From Octopus vulgaris (lineage: Eukaryota), in NCBI GenBank assembly GCA_951406725.2, contig OX597839.1:26908001-26972000 (forward strand): a DNA stretch of 64,000 bases, in the 5' to 3' direction. Position 1 is the first letter of the stretch. Every line of letters starts with the position of its first letter. A model generated the notes under the pieces. The model made no database searches, was not told the DNA's origin, and saw nothing but the letters and a program-made list of their open reading frames with translations. Below are positions 29,051 through 43,046 of this stretch, in pieces. Position numbers and translations under genes: made by a program.

Positions 29051-29684
29051 GCCTTTCTTTTTATATACGATTTTGTCCTAAACAAGGTTTGAGGCCACTG
29101 TAGCATAAGGGATTTCAAAGAAGGGAAAGAAAGGGCTTGTAAACACAACAGATGTCGATTAAAGAGAAAGCGTAAAGGACTGAATATCATAGATGAGAGA
29201 AAAACAAAATCATGATAATAGGTTCTCGAAATCAGCAGTTTGAGAAATGGAACCATTTAGAATAAAAGGACGTTTGACGAACAGGAAACTCGACAGATAA
29301 ACGCTGCCCCTGGGAAAGGGAGCGAATGATATTAAAAGGCCTTGAAAAAGGGTATTATTTGATCATGTAAATATTTATGGAAAAGACAGCAAAAATACAT
29401 TTGGATGATGAGACAAAGTTTCCAACCTCATAGAAAGAAGAGCAGCCACCATGTTGGCATAGTTTCGAATTCGATCGAGCACGTTGAGACTCACAGTGGA
29501 GGTATCCAAAGATGATAACAATATTCAATGCTAGATCGAATGATGGCCTTACAGAGATTACAAGAGACTCTCATACCTTCTTGGTAGCCGACATGTTTGT
29601 CCTATTGTTAGGGTAAAACTTGCATTAAAAGAAAAACTTTATTTTAGCATACACCATATCAAATAACATGACAAAAAAAAATTA

Positions 29685-29900
29685 ATGAGATTAACCGTAA
29701 ACACTTTTAAAAATCGTTACAAACAACATCTATACTCATTCAAATTTATTAAAAAATCTCAGCATCTTTACTTTACTTCATCCACAAATCTAGGAAGCAT
29801 GAATCAAATAATATGGAACTTTCTCGACAGAGCAACATTATTCTACACTGAATCCCAACACTGCAGGTTACACTTAAATGACATACCCTGGATTTTAAAA
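29685..29900 (+). pseudogene. Decayed Penelope-like GIY-YIG endonuclease fragment
   Basis: LTVNTFKNRYKQHLYSF...IIWNFLDRATLFYTESQHCRL resembles the PLE EN pattern G.T..TFK.RY..H..SF...I.W.IL..A..Y.....C.LC. A decayed hammerhead-like motif lies downstream at 30190-30232. Confidence 0.6.
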
Positions 29901-30677
29901 GAATCAGATATAGTAAAATTGCGGGAGATTCAAACGCTACAAATCCACGGCCTACAGAAAGAAATCCAAGGAAAACAGATACAACAAGGGTCACGAAATA
30001 GGGCCCATTGACGATGATCATACGACTTGATCAGGTGTCGTCCCCTTACACCGAAAGAGTCCGATTTGCAACAACAATGTCAAGGGAACCCTAAATATTC
30101 CACTGCGTGATCCACCACGTCTAGTCACTATTATCCGTTTAGATGATGAATTACGGACGTATTGCTTCTTTTAGTTCTTCAACAAATGTTGCCTGAAGAG
30201 CTTGTACAACCAGCAAGAAACTCTATGTAGCATTGACGTGAGTCATCGAGTATCATTAACTAATTCCTCACACACGCGCACATATACACACACACACGCA
30301 CATGGAGAACAGATAAACCCTTTCACTTTCGACATGTATATATATACATGTATGTGTGTGTGTGTGTGTGTATGTGTTTGTTTGTGTCTGTGTTTGTCCC
30401 CCCACCATCGCTTGACAATCCTTGCTGCTGTGTCTAAGATGCCGTAACTTAGCGGTTCGGCAAAAGAGATCGATAGAGTAAGCACTAGGCTTACAAAGAA
30501 TAAGTCCTGGGGTCGATTTGTTCAACTAAAGCCGGTGCTCCAGCATGCCGCAGTCAAATGACTGAAACAAGTAAAAGAATAAAAGAATACTTATATATAT
30601 ATATATGAGTGTATGTGTATATATGTATATATATTATACATGGTTTCTGATTTTACACATACTCACACCTACATACA

Positions 30678-30757
<80 letters not shown>

Positions 30758-31040
30758 CTTATATATATAGACATACACGCACATATATACACATGTATGT
30801 ATGTGTTAATGCACCTGTGTATGCGTGTGTGTGTGTGTGTATGTGTGTGTGTGTGTATAAGTAGTTGGCTGAATCTAATATATCACTCACCCCATCCCGC
30901 TCCACCCCACCCCGCTCCACCCCACCCTCTACTCCTGTTTCCAGGACGCTTGGCCCCTGGGCCAGCGTTGCCTATAAACCAAGTGGGTAAGCTATAAACA
31001 CGTTACATCAAAAAGCACCCCACCACCACCACAGCCACGG

Positions 31041-31075
<35 letters not shown>

Positions 31076-31766
31076 TTCGTCGCCATCACCACAATCATTA
31101 AGGTCATCGTCAACATCATCACCAACACAACCATCATCATCACAACCACCACCACCACCACCACCACTACCGTCATCGTCATCATCTTCATCATCATCAT
31201 CATCATCGTCGTTGTCATCATTATCATCATCATCATCATCATCTTGGCCATCATCATCATCATCATCATCAACGTCGCCGTCGTCATCATCATTATCATC
31301 ATCACCATCATCACCATCACCATTATCATCATCACAACCACCACTACCACCACCACAACCACCACCACCACTACCACCACCCTTCGCTATCATCTTCAAC
31401 AACGACATCACCATCACCACTACTACTACCACTACGACAGCAGCTTCTGCAGCATCAGCATCAACAGCATCACCATCATCATCATCAGCAGCAGCAGCAG
31501 CAACAACAACAGCAACAATAAACACAACCTATGTCGTACATGGAGACGAGTGACAAAAACAGCTGGGAAACAGATAAACCCTTTCACTTTCGACGCCATT
31601 GACTGCATAAATAAACACGTGTGTGTGTGTGTGTGTGTGTGATTTATCGTCTGTAACTTCGAAGCCGTGAATTGAAAAGGAAGCATCAGATTTTAAGTAT
31701 CTACTGTATATGGGGGAGAAATAAATAAATTGTCTATTTATGCTTGTAGATGGGTGTGTGTGTATA

Positions 31767-31913
<147 letters not shown>

Positions 31914-32092
31914 ACATTTAAATGTCGATGTATATATGTAGTTATACACACACACACATATACATATATATGCATATCATACACACATACATATATATAC
32001 ACATGCACGCATATTTATATATACATACGCACACATACATTTATGCATACACACATAAGCACACATATATATATATATATATACATACGCAT

Positions 32093-32123
<31 letters not shown>

Positions 32124-33034
32124 CATATTTATATATATACACACACGCACACACGCACACACACACGCCTCATACACATAGTCACGCCTCATACACACAC
32201 ACACGCTTACATATATATACATACACCTACACACATTTGTATCCACACATACATTTATATACACACACACATGCACAAACATATACACGTACACACACAC
32301 GCACACACACACACACATACACACATATCCATACGCACGCCCCCACCCAGACACGTATTCCTGTTCCTAAATATACGACTCCGTTGTTCAAGATAAGATT
32401 GGCCCCATCCATCCATCCCCTGCACCCGGCTCCCACCCGGCCAAATTTATAACTTGTTAATTTACTGCACCACGCAGACCCCACCGCCACCCGACCACAC
32501 TCCCCCTCACCCCCGCACCCCCTCACTACCCCTCACCCCTCACCACCCCTCACCCCCTCTTCCCTTTCAGACATTTGACTCTCTCCTCCTCCACACCCAT
32601 CACACATGAAATAGTATCCCGTGTCCCTCATCGTTATCAGTAGCCCTCCCGATCCTAAGAACGCTATATTCTGTTATTCTTTCATTCTTTTACTCTTTCA
32701 TTCTTCCGTTCTTTTATTCTTTCATTCTGTTAGTTCGTTTTCCTTCTCAGTTCACGGCTTCGAAGTTACAGATGATAAATCACATACGTGCACACCCCCA
32801 CACACATACGCACATACACATATACACATATACGCCCATGTTTATTTATATAGCCAAAGCCCGGTTCTTAGGCTATCGGTATCCATTTGTCGAACCACTA
32901 AGTTACGGTGGACGTAAACACACCAACACCAGTTGTCAAGCGGTGATAGAGGACAAACACAGACAAAACACACACACACACACACACACACATTAAGTAT
33001 CTAATTCAACCGAATCTTAATTATATATATACAC

Positions 33035-33590
33035 TTTTACTCTTTTACTTGTTTCAGTCATTTGACTGCGGCCATGCTGGAGCACCGCCTTTAGTCGAGC
33101 AAATCGACCCCGGGACTTATTCTTTGTAAGCCCAGTACTTATTCTATCGGTCACTTTTGCCGAACCGCTAAGTGACGGGGACGTAAACACACCACCATCG
33201 GTTGTCAAGCAATGCTAGGGGGACAAACACAGACACACAAACACATACACACACACACATATATATATATATATACATATATACGACAGGCTTCTTTCAG
33301 TTTCCGTCTACCAAATCCACTCACAAGGCATTGGTCGGCCCGGGGCTATAGCAGAAGACCCTTGCCCAAGATGCCACGCAGTGGGACTGAACCCGGAACC
33401 ATGTGGTTGGTTAGCAAGCTACTTACCACACAGCCACTCCAGGACGGGCTTCTTTCAGTTTCCGCCTACCAAATCCATTCACAAGGCTTTTGTCGGCCCG
33501 AGGCTATTGTAGAAGACACTTGCCCAAAGTTCAACGCAGTGGGACTGAACCCGGAGCCACGTGGTTTGGAACCCAGGACCACGTCTGCAC
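33035..33590 (-). mobile_element. Full-length SINE family A plus an extra head
   Basis: Complete copy 33035-33440; head 33442-33590. Confidence 0.92.
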
Positions 33591-33749
33591 CTATAAGTAT
33601 ATATACAGAATATTTGAAGGAAAGGAAATGGAATTCAAGAGATTTCACGAGATTATTTCCTACATAATAAAGAATCTCGTGACTTCCATTTTGTTTCTTT
33701 CATATATTGGGCAAGAAGGAACACCGGAAGTAAATGGTGTGATATTTGG

Positions 33750-33913
33750 TTGAAATTTACAGAAGAACAAAAGACGATGACAGGTGTATAAACAACAAGC
33801 AGGTGAGAAAGTCTTTAACGTTTCCCCCCTACGCTCTTCAATAGAGAGGAATAAGAGAAAATAAACAGAGAGAATGAAAAAAACTTGTAGATTTCAGCGG
33901 TCTAACATGGAGA

Positions 33914-33971
<58 letters not shown>

Positions 33972-34152
33972 TTGAAATTTATAGAAAAACAAAAGATGAA
34001 GACAGGCAGGTGTATAAACAACAGACAGGTGTATTAGTTTGACGTTCGGGCAGGTGAAAAAGTATTTTACGTTTCGAGCCTAAGCTCTTCAACAGAAAAG
34101 AACACGATGAAATAAACAGAGAGAGAATAAAAAAAACTTGTGGATTTAGCAG
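33750..34152 (-). mobile_element. Two tandem copies of a short PLE-like module with a variant minimal hammerhead
   Basis: Copies at 33750-33905 and 33970-34152; related to 34825-34945 and 47052-47185. Confidence 0.6.
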
Positions 34153-34357
34153 TCAATTATGGCGGTTGGCTAGACAAAGGTAGTTAAACGGTGGTGTGGT
34201 GTGGAAGTGTTGGGGTGTGGGGATGCGAGGGTGTGGTGTGGGTTTGGGGGGGGAAGATGTGGGTGTAGGGATACCTCTGTACTGTTGATGACACCAGGTA
34301 GCCGAAAATAGCGAACGGGATATCATCGGCATACGACAAAGTGTATATCCGAATATA

Positions 34358-34776
34358 TATTTCTTTACTACCCCCAAGGGGCTAAACACAGAGGGGACAA
34401 ACAAAGACAGACAAAGGGATTAAGTCGATTCCATCGACCCCAGTGCGTAATTGGTACTTAATTTATCAACCCCCGAAAGGATGAAAGGCAAAGTCGACCT
34501 CGGCGGAATTTGAACTCAGAACGTAAAGACGAAAGAAATACCTATTTCTTTACTACCCCCAAGGGGCTAAACACAGAGAGGACAAACAAGGACAGACAAA
34601 GGGATTAAGTCGACTACATCGACCCCAGAACGTAACTGGTACTTAATTTATCGACCCCGAAAGGATGAAAGGCAAAGTCGACCCTGGCGGAATTTGAACT
34701 CAGAACGTAACGGCAGACGAAATACGGCTACGCATTTCGCCCGGCGTGCTAACGTTTCTGCCAGTTCGCCGCCTTC
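34358..34776 (-). mobile_element. Dimeric SINE family B within one TSD
   Basis: Full unit 34541-34776 plus 5'-truncated unit 34358-34540; TSD ATATCCGAATATA at 34345-34357 and 34777-34789. Confidence 0.9.
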
Positions 34777-35419
34777 ATATCCGAATATAATATCATTACT
34801 CATATGTATATGTATATAATTCAAAGTTACAGAAAACAAAAGACAGAGACAGGTGGGGGGAACAACGAGCAAGTGTATTAATTTGACGCTGGGGTAAAAT
34901 GGAATGGTGTTTGTCGTTTCGAGCCTACGCTCTTCGATAGAAAGGGATGAGGAGGGGGGTGGAAATGGAGAAGAAAAAAATGGAAGAATACCATTCATAT
35001 TTTACTAATGACTCATTAGTCACTTCGTAACACAGACAATCTGTTAGCAATCAGTTTTAATTTATTCTTGGGAATAAATTTAATATCTCGGTAGATTCTC
35101 AGGCTTCTTTGAGAATCTTCATTTAGTTTCGGCTTCTTTAAAACCATAAATCTCTGTTATATAAGATACCATGCTACCCGGGGTAACATTTCCGCAAGAT
35201 ATGTCTCGACGAACTGCAGCAATACAAAAATGCTAAAATTTTCCTCGTACATCTGAAACCTGTTCACCGAGTCACTTCTAAGACGCAGCCGTGCGACGAA
35301 AAAATTCGACACCTTATAAAAAAAATTTCGAAGTTAATTTGGATTTAAAAGATTTTCTATGTTTTTAAAGATTTAAAATGGCTTCTCCCACAACGAACTT
35401 GCATGATATATGTTTATCT

Positions 35420-36345
35420 TTTTACTTTTTTTACTTGTATCAATGATTAAACTGCGGTTGCGGCCATGCTTCAGCACCTTCTTGAAGTGATTAGTCGAAC
35501 AAATCTACCCGAGTACCTCTATTTTAAAGAAAAAAAAGTCTGGTGTCCTTTTGCCGAACCGCTAAGGTACAGGGATGTAAAGACACCAACACCGGTTATC
35601 AAATGGTAGTAGGGGACAAACGTGCACAAAGGCACACACACATACGTACATGCCTACATACATACATACACACATCCAGACACATACACACACATACACG
35701 ACAGGCTTCTTTCGCTTTCCATCTAACAAATCCACTCACAAGGCTTTGGTTGACTTGGGGCTATAGTAAAAGGCACTTGGCCAAGGTGTTGCGCAGTGGG
35801 ACTGAACCCAAAACCACGTGGTTGGGATGCAAACTTCCCTAGCACACAACCACGCCTCTGCCCGAGAGATTTATTCCATCTTTTTAGGTCATCGGACACT
35901 TGGAACCGAACACGAGTCCCTCGTTCCTTTCTTTATCAGGAACAAAATACGGGTTGACAAACGCCCATCAGTGATTTTTATGCTCTTTACTCTTTTATTC
36001 TTTTACCTGTTTCAGTCATTTGACTGTGGCCATGCTGGAGCATCGACTTTAGTCGAGCAAATCGACACCAGGACTCATTATTTTGTAAGCCTAGCACTTA
36101 CTCAATCGGGATCTTCTGCCGGACCGTTAATGTTTCGAGGACATAAACACACCAGTATCGGTTGACAGCCGATGCTGTATATATGTGTGTGTGTGGGAGG
36201 GGGGTCAAACACAGGCACAAAGACACAGACACACGCATACACATAGATATACATACAAATATATACAGTCTGTCTACCAAATCCACTCACAAGGCCTTCG
36301 TCGGTCCGAGGCTATAGTAGAAGACACTTGCCCAAGATGCCAATG
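35420..36345 (-). mobile_element. Two diverged SINE family A copies
   Basis: Copies at 35420-35860 and 35985-36345. Confidence 0.8.
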
Positions 36346-36527
36346 TTTTGTGTATGTATTCTCACACATATAGTCGCATATCTAGACATACTCATATATA
36401 TTTAAATGATAAGACTTCTGGAAAGTTTTACAGATCTTTACAGTTCCCGTGATGGATTGGATTTGTAGTCTTCGAATTAGCTTTCTTCCTTTCTGGTTTC
36501 GAGAAGTCTAATTTCTCAAAATTGGTA
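36345..36527 (-). mobile_element. RLE-type non-LTR 3' end (LIRRLQIQSITGTVKICKTF)
   Basis: Homologous to 13965-14105. Confidence 0.75.
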
Positions 36528-36608
36528 TTTGTGTAGTGTGTGTATGTGTGTATGCGTGTATGCGCGTGTGTGTGCATGCATATATTTATGTATGCGTGTG
36601 TGTACCTT

Positions 36609-36640
<32 letters not shown>

Positions 36641-37928
36641 TGTATGTATGTATGTATGTATGTATGTATCTATGTATGTATGTATGTATGTATGCATGTG
36701 TGTATTTATGTATGCATGTATGTATGTATGTATGTATATATATATTTATGTATGTATGTATGTATATATGTATGCATGTATGTATGTATGTATATATTTA
36801 TGTATGTATGTATGTATGTGCAGATTTGTATGTTTTATGTATGTATTCTGTATATCCATGTATTTGTGTGTTCATGTTTGTGTGTGTGTGTGTGTGTATG
36901 TGTGTGTGTGTGTGAGTGTGTGTGTGTGTATTTGTGTGTATGCCTCTGTCTCCTTGTGTGTGCATGTCTGAGTGTGTCTATATGTAAAATTGTTTCTTCT
37001 TTTTTATGCATCACTCACAACGCCATGCTTATTCTACTGTGACACGTGTCTGTCTGTCTGTCAGTGTCGACGTTTATCAATCTCTCTCTCTCTCTGTCTC
37101 TCTGTCTCTCTCTGTATGTCTCTCTCTCTCTCTCTCTCGCTTATTCTGCCAACCAGCTGAATCCACGAGGCGAAGACCATTTTAAATTCTTGTTAAGAAC
37201 TATTTAATTCTGATTAATTTTAATTAAGTCATTAAATCGTTTCTTAATGAGTAAAAACAGCTGCCATTTTCCATGCATCATTTCGAAGACGTACGGGCTT
37301 GCTTCTAATTAAGAAATCACTAATTAATTAAATATATATTATGTATTTTACTACTACGGTATGTACCGGAAATGACGAATGACTTCAGATAAATAACACC
37401 AAATAAATATGGCGGGTTTCTCCTCTAACAACATCACACGTGACTGCGGCATTGAGCCACAAAGAAGGTAATACCTCTTGTGGTGCTCCCTAATGCAAGA
37501 GCCATCTTCTTAAACACACACACACACGCACACACTCACATGTATATCCATCTATCAGCGCTATAAGTTTAAGAAAAACATTCACCTGGTGCCTAAATCG
37601 GGGAATTGCTGGCCTTGTACCAAAATCAGAAACAATATCTGTAGTTATTGACCCCTTGGGTACCAGAAGCATTGAAAATTGACTGTATTGGACCTAGTGA
37701 CGGTTTAGGGGACTTCTCGCTGTCAGTAGACGTAAGGCTTTGAATTATGTAAACGTTCATAAGAATCACTATCGGCGTAGCCGTGGCTGTGTGGTAAGAA
37801 GATTGTTCTCAGTTCAGTCCCGCTCCGTGGCACCTTGAACAAATGTCTTCTACTATATTTTGGGGCTGACCAAAGCTTTGTGAGTGGATTTCGTAGACAG
37901 AAACTGAAAGAAACCAATCGTAAATGTA

Positions 37929-38347
<419 letters not shown>

Positions 38348-38908
38348 TGCTTCGTTGTTTATATATTTAACCCAAGGTGTACCTGTTGAGGACGATTTCA
38401 CCTCGTGAGCAAATATTATTTTGCTTGCTAAACTAAAATCAGAAACCATTTTGTCCAGGAAACTTGATAGTAAAATGTTTTTATTTTTTCATTTCGTTCC
38501 TGTCGAATTTCATCCCTAATTTTTGTGGTTATGGAACCTAGCTGTTCTTTCTAGCGTGTTGAATTCCACGAGTGGAATTATGTGTTTAATGTGTTTAAAT
38601 GTACACTATATATTATATATGTAGATATATATACATACATGTATATACATGTGTGTATGTATAAATTTTACTCTCTTACTTGTTTCAGTCATTTGACTGC
38701 GGCCATGCTGGAGCACCGCTTTTAGTCGAACAAATCGGCCCCAGGTCTTATTCATTGTAAGCCTAGTACTTATTCTATGGGTCTCTTTTGCTGAACCGCT
38801 AAGTTACGGGAATATAAACACACCGACGTCAGTTGTCAAGCGATGGTGGAGAAGGGGCCAAACACAAAACACAGATACATACATACATACACACACACAT
38901 ATATTTAT

Positions 38909-39200
38909 ATGGCCTAGTGGTTAGGGCAGCGGACTCGCGGTCGTAGGATCGCGGTTTCGATTCCCAGACCGGGCGTTGTGAGTGTTTATTGAGCGAAAAC
39001 TCCTAAAGCTCCACGAGGTTCCGGCAGGGGGTGGTGGCGATCCCTGCTGTACTCTTTCGCCACAACTTTCTCTCACTCTTTCTTCGGTTGGCCTGCTCGC
39101 CAGCGGGGTGGCGTCACTTGAAGGCTAAAACAATGTGAAGCGCATTGTGACCAGCGATGTGTAACAACATCTGATGGCCTGGTCGGTCACGGTGATCACG

Positions 39201-39205
<5 letters not shown>
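38909..39205 (+). mobile_element. SINE family D, tail b, nested in the central microsatellite of a minus-strand family A copy (38668-39360)
   Basis: Family A tail on the left and head on the right. Confidence 0.88.
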
Positions 39206-39232
<27 letters not shown>

Positions 39233-40071
39233 CGACAGTTTTTTTTTAGTTTCCTTCTACCAAGTTCACTCACTAGGCATTGGTCAGCCCGAGGCAATAG
39301 TACAAGGCACTTGCCCAAGGTGCCACGTAGTTCGACTGAACCTAGAACCATGTGGTTGGGTGCTTAACAAACGGTGTTAGTTTGCTTACGTCTCTGTAAC
39401 TTAGCGGTTAGATTAAATACCAGACTTTTAAAAAAAGAAGAAATAGTACCTGGGATCGATTTATTTGACTAAAAATTCTTCAAGGAAGTGCCCCAGCATG
39501 GCCGCAGTCAAACGACTGAAGCAAGTAAAGAATTAAACGAGGAAAGTAAAGCAACAAGAAATCGTCTGCTGTAAAAAAGATCGTCTGATGCAATTGGGAG
39601 TGAGCGCCATCTTGTCGTCTGCTGTTAGAGGAATCTGCCGTGTGTGTATGTATGTATGTATATGAGTGAGTTTATGTATTAGTATTTGTATACGGGAGTC
39701 TGTGTGTGCGTATGTGTGTGTCTGTATGTCTGTTTACGTGCGTGTGTGCGTGCATGTGTGTGTATGCGTGTGTGTCTGTTTGTGTGTGTGTGTCTGTTTG
39801 TATGCGTGTGTGTGTATCTGTTTGTGCGTGCATGCGTGCGCGTGTGTGTATGCGTGTGTGTCTCTCACTGTTTGTGTATGTGTGTATGTGTATGTCTGTC
39901 TGTGTGTGTCTGTGTGTGTATGTGTGTGCGTGTGTAATTGAGTGAGTTTATGTGTTAGTATGTGTATACGAGAGTCTGTGTGTGTGTCTATATGTCTATT
40001 TGTGGGCGTGCGCGTGTGTATATGTGTGTGTGTTTGTTTGTTTGTGTGCGTGTGTGCGTGTATGTGTATAT

Positions 40072-40109
<38 letters not shown>

Positions 40110-40561
40110 ACTTGGAGGCTAACAAAGTGATGGCGGGAAGTTTGGTCTGACCCTTACCCCTCGTTCTCATCTTCATCCACAATCAACGCACTACCACCAC
40201 CACCACCACCACCACCACCACTACCACCACCACCACCACCGCCACCACCACCACCACCACCACCACCACCACCACCACCACCACCACCACCACCACCACC
40301 ACCACCACCACCACCACCACCACCACCACCACCACCACCATCACCACCACCCACTTTCTCTCTTTCCCCCCCATCGCCGCACCTTTTCGTCTCTCTGACC
40401 CACAATCGTACGAGTTACCAGTGTCTGTCCACTCCGCGTAATGAAGGAAATATCTTCAAACCTTCCACCCCGCCAACCCACCCAACTATTCTTCAAATTG
40501 CAAAACAAACGACACCACCACCACCACCACCACCACCACCACCACCACCACCACCACCACC

Positions 40562-40593
<32 letters not shown>

Positions 40594-40620
40594 CAACAAC
40601 ACTACAAGAGGAAAAAACAA

Positions 40621-40678
<58 letters not shown>

Positions 40679-40815
40679 TTGATCCCCTATCCCGCCCTAG
40701 TCCCCTTCCACTTTCATTCCTACCCGACCCCACGCCGACCTCCGCCATTCCCGTTTCTTCTCCTTGAGTGGAGGTACTTCTCAGCGAAGGGCAACAGGAA
40801 GGAACGCTTCTGAAA

Positions 40816-40827
40816 CAAGATGGCGGC
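40816..40827 (+). promoter_or_regulatory. Consensus YY1/Pho site in a GC-rich island
   Basis: CAAGATGGCGGC, followed by a GC box (GGGCGG) and two donor-like GAG|GTGAG sites. Confidence 0.4.
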
Positions 40828-41021
40828 CGGGCGTGGTGGAGGGCGGAGGTGAGGTGAGCGGTGCAGGAGAGGCGGAGGAAGGCGTTAATAATGTATGTCT
40901 GGCTAATCTTGTTGTGCAATAACAGCAACACCAACAGCAGCGACACCATCGACAACAATGGAAACGATGCTGACGGAAACGGTGTTAATAACTTAATGAT
41001 GATAACAACAACAACAATAAC

Positions 41022-41094
<73 letters not shown>

Positions 41095-41138
41095 GTAGTA
41101 ATAATAATAATAATAAGAAAAATAATAATAATAATAAT

Positions 41139-41192
41139 AAGATTGTCTTAACTGGTAAGATTGTCTTAACTGGTAAGATTGTCTTAACTGGT
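41139..41192. repeat. 18-bp perfect tandem repeat x3 (AAGATTGTCTTAACTGGT)
   Basis: Directly visible at the end of a (TAA)n tract. Confidence 0.95.
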
Positions 41193-41487
41193 ACATCACA
41201 CGTATTGAGAAGAGCATTGTCGATGTGAGAACTGTTGCTGCTCATGTATTTTAATTTAACTTAAAAAAAAAAAAATTTAACAAACTATTGAGTTTGGTTT
41301 AATGGCCTACCAATGTATACTATGAGTTTCTTTGCCCTAGGAGTCGGGAAGACACTCGGCATGAAATGGAAGCAAATTTGAAAGAAGAAAAAAAAAGTAA
41401 TAATAATAATAACAATAATAATAATAACAACAACAACAACAGTAGCAGCAGCAACAGCATCAATAACAAAGAAAATAATTATTATAC

Positions 41488-42030
41488 ATGCCCTGATGCA
41501 GTACCAGTCAGTGGCTCTCATGGCTTCTGATCTTAACTGATTGGAAGTGTTATCATGTACATTGTTTTGGCTTGGTATAAAAGATGGGCTACAGCAAATA
41601 TTCTGCTCAATACCTCAGATTTGCTTGTCAGTTGTTTGACCTTAACCAGATGAGCATGTCCCTCAGTGGCTGATTGATATGTGCATCTCTGGTCATGAGC
41701 AGAAGTAGTGGGGGAGCATCATAGCCATGTGTTGAGAGGAATTCTGGATTTTGGAGTTTGGATAATTTAACTTTAGAAACATAGGTGGTTTGTTCAACAT
41801 CCTTAAACAACCCTTATTAAGGGACCTTTTGAGTGTGATGGGTTACTCGACCTGAAGAAAATTCTCACTGGGCCCCACCTGCAAGTTCACGCGCTGTTTA
41901 TCTTGATATGAGATCACCATGTCGCACTCATATTCTTGTGACATATGTGCCTGGTGTACCCTTATCAGACGGGTAGTCATGATGGGTATACTGGGCTTCG
42001 TATATTTTACCCTATGATGGCATGCACTCA
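41488..42030 (+). mobile_element. TAA-associated non-coding repeat, family E (about 540 bp)
   Basis: Reverse-complement copy at 57214-57695; fragments at 25561-25692 and 59357-59386; no tRNA head or TIR seen. Confidence 0.8.
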
Positions 42031-42540
42031 ATAATCATAATCGTCGTTTCCACTAAAGGCATAGGGCCTGACATTTTTGGGTGAGGGGCCAGTCGTTTAC
42101 ATTGATCCCTGTACGGGTACTTAGTTTATTGACTCAGCAAGAATGAAAGGCAAAATCGACCTCGGTGAAATTTGAACTCAGAACATAAAGACATACAAAA
42201 CGTTGCTACGCATCTTGCCCGTCGCCACAATAAGATGAATAATCATCCTTTCTACTATAGGTACAAGGGCTGAAATTTGGGGTGGGGTAGGAGACTAATC
42301 GATTACATCGACCCCAGTACGCAACTGGTACTTAATTTTTCGACCCCGAAATGACGAAAGGCAAAGTCGACCTCGGCGGAATTTGAACTCAGAACGTAAC
42401 GGCAGACGAAATACCGCTAAGCTTCCAAACCACATGGTTCCGGGTTCGGTCCCACTTAGGCAAGTGTCTTCTACTATAGCCTCGAGCCGACCAAAGCCTT
42501 GTGAGTGGATTTGGTAGATGGAAGCTGAAAGAAGCCCGTC

Positions 42541-42613
<73 letters not shown>

Positions 42614-42617
<4 letters not shown>

Positions 42618-43046
42618 TAGTTGAATGAATTCGGTTAACCGATACCTGGGTAGCAAATTCACGTCAGAAAACACGGTTGAAGCTACATGCCAAGGGCAGA
42701 GATCACGTGCTTTCGTGTGGAAATTTGTGTGTTTTTTTATTATAAATAAATGAAAGAATGGAGTCGAACGACGATTTAACAAAATTCCTTTATTCTCGAC
42801 ATATGTTTCGAAGACTGCATATTCCTAATTCCGAAGGAATAAGGGGTGCATTATGCCGCCTTATCAGGAAAGACAAGGAACTTATGTTCGTCATGATGCT
42901 GACATAAGTTCCTTGTCTTTCCTGATGAGAAGGCGGCATAATGCACCCCTTATTCCTTCGGAATTAGGAATATGCAGTCTTCGAAACATATGTCGAGAAT
43001 AAAGGAATTTTGTTAAATCGTCGTTCGACTCCATTCTTTCATTTAT
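42614..43046 (-). mobile_element. PLE-like fold-back element, family P1 (about 142-bp inverted arms), nested in a family A SINE (42425-43285)
   Basis: Arms at about 42746-42887 and 42902-43046, differing by a 3-nt indel; (TA)n on both sides. Confidence 0.85.
42918..42998 (+). ncRNA. Type I hammerhead ribozyme, intact core
   Basis: Stem I UUUC/GAGA, CUGAUGA (42922-42928), stem II GAAGGC/GUCUUC, GAAA (42983-42986), palindromic stem III ACAUAUGU, cleavage after GUC (42994). Confidence 0.8.

Noticed and set aside
29250-29560. Possible RTE-like RT remnant
   Set aside because: Too decayed to support by eye.
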